Positions 57,001 through 64,000 of a DNA stretch of 64,000 bases are shown piece by piece (the stretch's first letter is position 1; each line of letters opens with the position of its first letter). Position numbers and translations under genes: made by a program. Under the pieces are notes generated by a model, which worked only from the letters and a program-made list of their open reading frames with translations, did not search any database and was not told the origin of the DNA. The DNA lies in the NCBI GenBank assembly GCA_945873755.1, contig CAMCEM010000002.1, positions 3,915 through 67,914 of the forward strand, written 5' to 3'. The stretch is from Chitinophaga pinensis (GTDB lineage Bacteria; Bacteroidota; Bacteroidia; UKL13-3).

Positions 57001-58293
57001 CTACACAAACATTTCCTCTTGCTCTTTGTCTAATTCTTCTTTGTCTTTATCTATTTTACGTTTAACTAATAATTGTAAAGCAGGCCCAGCCATAACTGAT
57101 GTTACCACTGCCATAACAACTATAGCCACAAATAATTTTTGGTTTATTAAACCTGCTTGTAAAGCCAATAATGCTAAAATAATTTCCATTGCTCCTCGGG
57201 CGTTCATTCCAAAACCTACAGCCAAGCTTTCTTGTTTAGTTAATCCACCCCAAAGTGCACCTAAACCCGCACCTAATAATTTGCAAACTATAGCAATTAC
57301 AAGCACCAAAGCGGTAACTTGCAGATCGAAATTTGCAAAAAAGTTAACTTTGAAACCAATTGAAACAAAAAACAATGGAGCAAAAATATTGGTAACAAAT
57401 TGGTTTACAATTTCTCTAGTTTTTTCAGTTAAATGCACACTGTCGCCAAAAGCAATACCCACTATAAATGCACCAAAAATAGCGTGAATACCAATAAACT
57501 CGGTAAATGCAGCTCCTAAAAATGCCAAACCTAACGAAATACTTAAAAATCCACCTGGCCAGCTAAAGTTTTTTTTGGCCCATGGCAACGATTTATTAAT
57601 AATAATTCGGCCAATAGTTAGCATTGCAACTGCATACAAAATTGTTAACCCTAAAGTATACAAAAAACCATGAGCCAATGCGTTGCTTTTTAACATTCCT
57701 AAAATAACAGAAAATAACAACCAACCAATTATATCATCAAACATGGCTGCAGCAATAATTATCATTCCAACTTTGGTTCTAAACAAACCTAAATCCATTA
57801 AAGTACGAGCTATAATTGGTAAAGCCGAAACAGCCATTGCTGTTCCAAAAAACAAACTAAACAAAATTAATCTAAAATGATTGTTATAATTTTCGCCAAA
57901 TAATGGAAAAAAATAATAAGCTGCTAAAAAACCTAAACCCAAGGGAATAATTAAACCTAAAAAACTGGTTTTTAATGCTGTTTTACCTTGCTGACGGATA
58001 ATTGAAAGATCGACTTCCATGCCTGCCACAAACAATAACATAATTACCGAAATGGATGTAATTCCATTAAAAGCAATATGAGAATTACTATTTTGGTTTA
58101 ACACTAAATTACTAATTTTAGGGAAATATTGACCCAATAAACTAGGTCCTAAACAAATACCCGCTACCAATTCGCCAACCACCAATGGCATTTTTAATTT
58201 CCTGAAAAACTCACCCACAAGCCTAGCCACAATAAGCAAAATGCCTAAGCTCAAAATTAAACTTATTATTTCTTGGTGATTAAGGGTTTTCAT
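57001..58293 (-). CDS. CPA2-family cation:proton antiporter (Kef/NapA-like)
   Basis: 430 aa, about 12 TM. The N-terminus is ...ARLVGEFFRKLKMPLVVGELVAGICLGPSLLG. Confidence 0.85.
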   Translation of the reverse strand: MKTLNHQEIISLILSLGILLIVARLVGEFFRKLKMPLVVGELVAGICLGPSLLGQYFPKISNLVLNQNSNSHIAFNGITSISVIMLLFVAGMEVDLSIIRQQGKTALKTSFLGLIIPLGLGFLAAYYFFPLFGENYNNHFRLILFSLFFGTAMAVSALPIIARTLMDLGLFRTKVGMIIIAAAMFDDIIGWLLFSVILGMLKSNALAHGFLYTLGLTILYAVAMLTIGRIIINKSLPWAKKNFSWPGGFLSISLGLAFLGAAFTEFIGIHAIFGAFIVGIAFGDSVHLTEKTREIVNQFVTNIFAPLFFVSIGFKVNFFANFDLQVTALVLVIAIVCKLLGAGLGALWGGLTKQESLAVGFGMNARGAMEIILALLALQAGLINQKLFVAIVVMAVVTSVMAGPALQLLVKRKIDKDKEELDKEQEEMFV

Positions 58294-58294
58294 T

Positions 58295-58500
58295 TGGAGA
58301 TTTATTCATTTGGAGATTTGGAGATTTGGAGATTTATTGATTTAAGGAATTATTTTATTGTTGTATTGTTGTATTGTTAAATTGTTGTATTGTCTATTGC
58401 TTATTGTCTATTGTCTATTGTCTATTGCTTATTGTCTATTGCCTATTGCTTATTGCTTATTGTCTTTTGCTGATTGCTGATTGCTGATTGCTGATTGCTA
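58295..58500. repeat. Composite microsatellite block immediately 5' of the antiporter start
   Basis: (GGAGATTT)3, (TTGTATTG)n, (CTATTGT/CTTATTG)n and (CTGATTG)4, read directly. Confidence 0.95.
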
Positions 58501-58538
58501 ATTGTATTTTATTCAGCATTTCGAACTCCTCACTCCCT

Positions 58539-59402
58539 TTACTCTTCCGGTACGTTTACCAATAATAAATTACAAGGCAAATCGGCTAAAGCAAATTCAA
58601 TGTCATTTGGAAATACCCTGTCAATCAAATTTAGTTTTCTATCGGGTGAATTTAATACCAATAAATCTGCTTTAATTTCTCGAGCATATTTAGTAATTAC
58701 ATAACCTGGCTTTCCTTCTATTCTTTCAGTATTTATTTTTAAATCAGAACAATCATTACAACTTAAAATGTATTCTAATTTTTTATCTTCTTCCTCTATT
58801 AACCTCTCTTTGTGTTGAGCCATTTCGTTTTCTCTAAATTCATCACTTCTTATCAATGCTGCTTTATTCAAATCGGTTTCTTGAATAATATCAACATTTT
58901 TAACGTTAAACGCTTTAGCAATTTCTATAGCCTTGGCAATGGTAGTCTCAGTTTTTGGATTATCAGAACCTTCAACTACTATGTGGTGAAGAGGAATTGA
59001 CTCTATAGAAGGTTCGGTTAACATAAGCATACTGCATTTTACCCTTCTGCTTAACTTGCGGGCAATACTTCCCATAAAATATTTAATCAAACTCTCCTTT
59101 TCTAAAGCTCCGGCTACCAATAAGTCTATATTTTCTTCCTCACAAATTTGCAAAATCGATTCTACTGGTTCACCTTCTTGCCATATTAATTTTGAATTAT
59201 TTAATAAATCATATTTTGATAACAGCTCTTTTAAAGTTTTTTCGTCTTCAATATTCTTTTGGCCAATATGTATAAAGATCAAGTTTGCATGAAAGCCATT
59301 TTGCATTTTACTAGCTTCGGCTATAATAGCTTCTAATCTGGGAGAAAATGCTATTGCAATTCCTATTTTTTCAAAAATTAAAGTTGTGTTCTCTTCACTC
59401 AT
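58539..59402 (-). CDS. Universal stress protein with tandem UspA domains
   Basis: Two UspA-like halves (...VDLLVAGA..., ...ADLLVLNS...). Confidence 0.75.
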   Translation of the reverse strand: MSEENTTLIFEKIGIAIAFSPRLEAIIAEASKMQNGFHANLIFIHIGQKNIEDEKTLKELLSKYDLLNNSKLIWQEGEPVESILQICEEENIDLLVAGALEKESLIKYFMGSIARKLSRRVKCSMLMLTEPSIESIPLHHIVVEGSDNPKTETTIAKAIEIAKAFNVKNVDIIQETDLNKAALIRSDEFRENEMAQHKERLIEEEDKKLEYILSCNDCSDLKINTERIEGKPGYVITKYAREIKADLLVLNSPDRKLNLIDRVFPNDIEFALADLPCNLLLVNVPEE

Positions 59403-59459
59403 CTTTTGTAATTATTAATTTAAAAGTTAAAAAAATTTATAGCGCAAATAAAGTAATAA

Positions 59460-60851
59460 TTATTCATTAGTTAATAACCAAACTAAACTAGCAATTGCTG
59501 CAGCACCTAAGTGTAATTCGCGTTCGTTTACCGCTTCAAATACATCATTTTCTGTATGGTGATAATCAAAATACCGTTGCGAATCAGGCACGTAACCAAT
59601 CAATGCTTTACAATTGTTTTTTAACGGGCCAATATCAGCACCACCGCCACCAAGGTCTATTTTATCCCAACCGTAGTTTCTGAACAAATGTGCTTTTGCA
59701 TTGATGTTTTTATAAATAGAAGAATCACTAATTCCAAAGCCACGAGGCACAAATCCACCCGCATCGGTTTCAATGGCCGCATAATGATTTTCATTGTTTT
59801 TTTCTGCTAATTCATCATATTTTATTCCACCACGCAAACCATTTTCTTCGTTCATAAATAATACCGCACGCAATGTTCTTTCATGTTTTAAATTTAAGGT
59901 TTTAAACAAACGCAAAACTTCAATGCTTTGCACACAACCTGCACCGTCATCGTGAGCACCTTCTCCAACATCCCAACTATCCAAATGGCCACCAACCAAT
60001 ACAATTTCATTGGCTTTTGTAGTTCCATTTAACTGACCAATGACGTTATAACTCAAAACACTGTCGATGGTATTTTGGCAATTTAAGTTAAAGTAAAACT
60101 TAGTTTCGTTATTTGTCTTTAGCGATTTACTTAACACATCGGCATGATTGCTACTAATTGCACAAGCTGGAATTTTCGGAAATGAATCGTTGTAATACAT
60201 AGCTCCAGTATGAGCAAATTCATCGTGGGCCAGAGTCATGCTTCGAACTACAACTCCTACCGCTCCGTATTTTGCAGCCTCACTTGCTCCGCGCCCACGT
60301 TGGTTCACTGCCCCACCATAAGCACTACCTGTACTAATTTGAGTTGGGTCCATTGCACGATTAAAAAACACAATTTTACCTTGCACTTTTTCTTTGCCTA
60401 AGCTGCGCAATTCTTCAAAATTTTTTACTTCAATTACGTTGGCTGTTACGCCATTTTTAGGTGTAGAAACTGAACCACCCAAGGCTAAAATATTTACTTG
60501 CATTGGTTTAAATCCGGGTAGTATTTTACCAATTTCGGTTTGTTTGCTGCCTCTTACCCAACGTGGAACCATAACAGGTTGAAGCCACACACTATCAAAA
60601 CCATAACTTTTCATTTTACTATACATCAGCTGTACGGCTTTTCCGGCCTCCGGACTACCACTGATTCGGTTGCCTACTTTTTTGCATAAATCACGCAAAT
60701 CAGAATAGGCTTTTCCGTTAAGCAATACTTCGTCAGTAATTTGTTTAATAACAGCAGCATCGTTGGTTTGAGCCGTTAGTTGGAAGCAATAAAGAGAAAA
60801 TAAAAGTATAAAAAATTTGTTCATTATCTGTAATATATTTAATGCATTCAA
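59460..60851 (-). CDS. M28-family aminopeptidase with a PA domain, secreted
   Basis: Signal peptide. HLDSWDVGEGAHDDGAG is the M28 zinc-ligand motif. ...EENG... is present. Confidence 0.8.
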   Translation of the reverse strand: MNALNILQIMNKFFILLFSLYCFQLTAQTNDAAVIKQITDEVLLNGKAYSDLRDLCKKVGNRISGSPEAGKAVQLMYSKMKSYGFDSVWLQPVMVPRWVRGSKQTEIGKILPGFKPMQVNILALGGSVSTPKNGVTANVIEVKNFEELRSLGKEKVQGKIVFFNRAMDPTQISTGSAYGGAVNQRGRGASEAAKYGAVGVVVRSMTLAHDEFAHTGAMYYNDSFPKIPACAISSNHADVLSKSLKTNNETKFYFNLNCQNTIDSVLSYNVIGQLNGTTKANEIVLVGGHLDSWDVGEGAHDDGAGCVQSIEVLRLFKTLNLKHERTLRAVLFMNEENGLRGGIKYDELAEKNNENHYAAIETDAGGFVPRGFGISDSSIYKNINAKAHLFRNYGWDKIDLGGGGADIGPLKNNCKALIGYVPDSQRYFDYHHTENDVFEAVNERELHLGAAAIASLVWLLTNE

Positions 60852-61064
60852 ATATATTGTTTGTAAGGGATTTTAAAAGCGGGAAATAGAGAGTACTTTT
60901 AATTTTGAAAAATGACTAAGTTTTTTTATTAGATTGGTTGTAGCCAAAGGCTTTTTATTAAAGTCTCTTGTGAAAGGCTAACAAGTATAGGAAGATTGCA
61001 CCATAAACAATTAATCAAAATTAAATTTTAGATTATTGGGATCTTGTCTTGAGTCCCAAATTCT

Positions 61065-61313
61065 TTATATGGTGAGAGTCGTTTCATTTTCATCGTAAAT
61101 TAAAAAGTAATCTCTTACAATAATTCTTTTAATATTTTCAACATTGGTTTTTCTGCCTATTGAAGGGGTTTCTAAAATAGATTTGATCGTATCATTAAAT
61201 AATCTGTTCAATTTCTTACTGTATAAATTTGATTTATTGCGATTGTTCCAATAAGAAAAAATTTGCACTTTATCTAAGTATGCATCTTCCGACCATATTA
61301 CTCTTTTAGCCAT
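61065..61313 (-). CDS. RelE/ParE-family toxin truncated by a nonsense codon (...TLTI*RIWDSRQDPNNLKFNFD*). The full-length frame would be 61012-61313.
   Basis: Minus-strand codons ACC ATA TAA AGA ATT TGG GAC... read directly from 61041-61080. The C-terminal RIWD motif typical of the family lies after the stop. Confidence 0.6.
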   Translation of the reverse strand: MAKRVIWSEDAYLDKVQIFSYWNNRNKSNLYSKKLNRLFNDTIKSILETPSIGRKTNVENIKRIIVRDYFLIYDENETTLTI

Positions 61314-61552
61314 TCTTCAGTAAGTTTATCCACTTCCTCATTAGTATAGAATTGTCCGTTATCAACCTGATGTCTTGCTTTAGCTATTGCTTGTTGTTGC
61401 TCTTCGTTTAAAATATAGATTTCATCAGTTTCAGTTTCAAATTCAAGTAAACTCAATACTCCTTTTAAAACATCTTCATCCGTTGTTGTCTGAATTTTGC
61501 TTATCAGTTGCTCTTGTAATTCTAATGTGGTCATTGTACTATTTTTTATCAA
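61298..61552 (-). CDS. Putative antitoxin partner, overlapping the toxin by 16 nt
   Basis: 84-aa acidic upstream ORF (MIKNSTMTTLELQEQLISKIQ...). Confidence 0.5.
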   Translation of the reverse strand: MIKNSTMTTLELQEQLISKIQTTTDEDVLKGVLSLLEFETETDEIYILNEEQQQAIAKARHQVDNGQFYTNEEVDKLTEEWLKE

Positions 61553-61936
61553 AACTAAAGAAATAAATTTTAATAATGAAAAATTGCGAAAATTTAAATT
61601 CAGCTTGTATATTGCTGATAACAGAAAATGGCTTGGTATTCCTCCCTCGATAATGCAATCGCCTCACTCGTTCTATTTAATTATTTTATTTTTACCCTAA
61701 AACCCATTAACAAAAAAAATATCCTACTATTTTCTGCTGGAATCAGCGGGACGATTGCGCAATCAATAAGCTAAGCTGTTTTTTTTCTTTATTGGTTTGT
61801 TCACGCAAAGGCGTGAACCAGCTTAACATATTGATTTCTTTTTGCGCTAGCATAAGGTGATATTTTTTCATAGATTTAGCTAATTAGCTTTAAAATAAAT
61901 ATTTTATGATTGGTATGAAAACGGGATAATTTTACG

Positions 61937-61975
61937 AAAAAATCCCTTCCAATATTACTTGAAAGGGATTTTTAA
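61937..61975 (-). terminator. Intrinsic terminator-like hairpin (aatcccttc-caatattacttg-aaagggatt) flanked by A and T runs
   Basis: Immediately downstream of the 61992-62534 gene. Near-identical in design to 62568-62606. Confidence 0.65.
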
Positions 61976-61991
61976 TAGTTTTTTGTAACAA

Positions 61992-62534
61992 TTATTTTTT
62001 GTCAATTATAATTGAATTGCCAGTTTTTTGTATTCCATTTAGCTTGTAACTTTTTATATTATCATCACTATATTCTTGGCAACATTTTTTTTCGTTCTGC
62101 AGCAATTCTATTTCTATATTACTAATTTCATTGATAATTGAGGAGTTGGAGTTATATATTTTAAAACTGTTTTTTAGAGAATAATTTCCAGTTTTCGAAT
62201 TATCTTTAGTAATCCAATATTGAAATCCATACAGATTGTTTGAACTGTAATTATAAATATTACTTGAATTTAAAAAAACCACTGTATCAATTGGTTCTTT
62301 AAATGCCTCAATTGAATCTGAAACAAATAAAATGATGTAAGTAGAATCTAATTCCGCCAATTTAAATCCATTGTTTAAAGAATCCATGTTCATGGTTATA
62401 AACATCTGCCTACTTGCCTTGTAATTAGTACAATCAATTCCTCCTCCCATGCCTGGAAATCCTCCACAACAACCATAAAAAATTGTTATCATCATTGCTG
62501 CAAATCCAATAAAGTTTAGTTTTTTTCTTTTCAT
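61992..62534 (-). CDS. Hypothetical lipoprotein
   Basis: ...ITIFYGCCGG is a lipobox. Confidence 0.5.
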   Translation of the reverse strand: MKRKKLNFIGFAAMMITIFYGCCGGFPGMGGGIDCTNYKASRQMFITMNMDSLNNGFKLAELDSTYIILFVSDSIEAFKEPIDTVVFLNSSNIYNYSSNNLYGFQYWITKDNSKTGNYSLKNSFKIYNSNSSIINEISNIEIELLQNEKKCCQEYSDDNIKSYKLNGIQKTGNSIIIDKK

Positions 62535-62567
62535 TATTACTCACAATCCACACTAATTCAAAACAAA

Positions 62568-62606
62568 AAAATCTCTTTCCATATTACTTAAAAGAGATTT
62601 TTTTAT
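62568..62606 (-). terminator. Intrinsic terminator hairpin downstream of glyA (aaatctctttcc-atattactt-aaaagagattt plus T-run)
   Basis: Read directly. Bidirectional design, with an A-run before and a T-run after. Confidence 0.7.
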
Positions 62607-62656
62607 TGTTTACCGTTAAATAACAATTCAACAATCTATCAATTTAACAATTCAAA

Positions 62657-63928
62657 TTATTTATACAATGGAAACTTAGCCATCCAAGTATTGATATTTT
62701 TTCTAATATCAGCAAGAATAATTTCGTTTTCGTTATTCATTAAAGCAGTGTCAATATAATCAACTATTTGTTCCATATCGGCTTCAGCCATTCCACGAGT
62801 TGTAATGGCAGCTGTTCCAACACGCATTCCACTTGTTACAAATGGCGATTTATCATCGAAAGGAACCATGTTTTTGTTAATAGTAATATCGGCTTTGCCT
62901 AAAACGGCTTCTGCTAATTTTCCTGTTAAGTTTTTGCTGCGCAAATCGATTAACATTAAATGATTATCGGTTCCTCCAGAAATAATTTTATAACCACGGC
63001 TTACAAATGCATTGGCCATAGCTTGCGCATTCACTGCTACTTGTTTAGTATAGGTTTTATAATCATCGGTTAAACATTCGCCAAATGCTACTGCTTTAGC
63101 AGCAATTACGTGCTCTAATGGTCCGCCTTGAGTTCCGGGAAATACAGCACCATCTAACACAGCACTCATCATTTTCAATTCACCTTTTAACGTTTTTTGT
63201 CCAAATGGATTTTCAAAATCGTTACCCATCATAATAATTCCACCACGTGGACCACGCAAAGTTTTATGTGTAGTAGAAGTAACAATATGACAATATTGAA
63301 CAGGGTCGTTCAATAATTTTCCAACTATTAAACCGGCAGGGTGAGAAATATCGGCCAATAAAATAGCACCAACACTATCGGCAATGGCACGCAAACGGGC
63401 ATAATCCCAATCGCGGCTATAAGCCGAAGCACCACAAATAAGCATTTTTGGTTTTTCAGCATGTGCTTTTGCTTCTACTTTATCCCAATCAATTAAACCT
63501 GTTTCTTGCTCCACACCATAAAAAGATGGAGAGTATAATTTACCCGAAAAATTAACTGGAGAACCGTGTGTTAAATGTCCACCATGTGATAGATCAAAAC
63601 CTAAAATTTTATCTCCAGGATTTAAGCAACCCAACATAACAGCTGCATTTGCTTGCGCTCCCGAATGTGGTTGAACATTGGCCCAAGTAGCGCCAAACAT
63701 TTGTTTTAATCTATCAATAGCTAAATTTTCTACCACATCTACTACTTCGCAACCGCCATAATAGCGTTTTCCCGGTAAGCCTTCCGCATATTTATTGGTT
63801 AACACGCTTCCCATAGCTTCCATTACTTGTGGGCTAGTAAAATTTTCAGAAGCAATTAGCTCAATGCCGTGTTCTTGACGGCTTTTCTCTTGATTTATTA
63901 AATCGAATATAACGGTATCTCTTTGCAT
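62657..63928 (-). CDS. glyA: Serine hydroxymethyltransferase
   Basis: ...[15 protein letters not shown]... is the PLP-lysine motif, and the N-terminal ...[22 protein letters not shown]... is canonical. Confidence 0.95.
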   Translation of the reverse strand: MQRDTVIFDLINQEKSRQEHGIELIASENFTSPQVMEAMGSVLTNKYAEGLPGKRYYGGCEVVDVVENLAIDRLKQMFGATWANVQPHSGAQANAAVMLGCLNPGDKILGFDLSHGGHLTHGSPVNFSGKLYSPSFYGVEQETGLIDWDKVEAKAHAEKPKMLICGASAYSRDWDYARLRAIADSVGAILLADISHPAGLIVGKLLNDPVQYCHIVTSTTHKTLRGPRGGIIMMGNDFENPFGQKTLKGELKMMSAVLDGAVFPGTQGGPLEHVIAAKAVAFGECLTDDYKTYTKQVAVNAQAMANAFVSRGYKIISGGTDNHLMLIDLRSKNLTGKLAEAVLGKADITINKNMVPFDDKSPFVTSGMRVGTAAITTRGMAEADMEQIVDYIDTALMNNENEIILADIRKNINTWMAKFPLYK

Positions 63929-64000
63929 AATTTTTTTGTAGTTGCGAAAGTAAAATTAGTTTACTTATTTAATTAATGATTTTTTCTATAAGTGGCCAAA

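Overview
This reads as a low-GC (about 33%) Bacteroidetes chromosomal segment, probably Flavobacteriia-like: several proteins carry T9SS type-A or type-B (gliding-motility) C-terminal sorting domains, the Tat/SpII lipoprotein signals are Bacteroidetes-typical, and many genes overlap by 1-4 nt. About 80% is coding, mostly on the minus strand.

Main content by position:
- 1-5.5 kb: N-glycan trimming cluster (GH2 beta-mannosidase running off the window, CutC, glycosylasparaginase, GH20 hexosaminidase), then msrA.
- 7.3-9.3 kb: a TPR sensor kinase broken by one in-frame stop.
- 9.3-13.4 kb: an accessory island between that kinase and pbpC. It holds a decayed dCMP-deaminase pseudogene, a conserved non-coding element, a split-HipA toxin-antitoxin operon (HipB, HipS-like, an embedded four-helix-bundle gene, HipT-like kinase) and a 191-aa unknown.
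- 13.4-24.8 kb: PBP1C, an orphan antitoxin, a T9SS substrate, enoyl-CoA hydratase, ComEC, Lgt and map.
- 24.8-29.6 kb: truncated haemoglobin, three secreted proteins and an HTTM membrane protein.
- 30-38 kb: two glycosyltransferases, a dihydroorotase-like enzyme and a LuxR-type two-component pair.
- 38.3-42.5 kb: a 736-aa lipoprotein with about 13 GSGY-type repeats, an NlpC/P60-like lipoprotein and a third lipoprotein.
- 42.7-43.2 kb: a roughly 500-nt hairpin- and iteron-rich non-coding block.
- 43-53.5 kb: glycosyltransferases, a DUF4142 protein, a methyltransferase, an M49 DPP-III-like peptidase, a RelE/ParE toxin-antitoxin pair, a transglutaminase-like protein and a GNAT acetyltransferase with a partial duplicate.
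- 55.4-64 kb: an orphan cyanophycinase, a CPA2 antiporter, UspA, an M28 peptidase, a second RelE/ParE pair whose toxin carries a nonsense mutation, and glyA.

Short tandem repeats with 7-14 nt units are frequent in intergenic DNA, and several share a GAGATTTG motif. No rRNA, intact tRNA or CRISPR array was found. All product calls come from reading motifs in the supplied translations; no searches were run.
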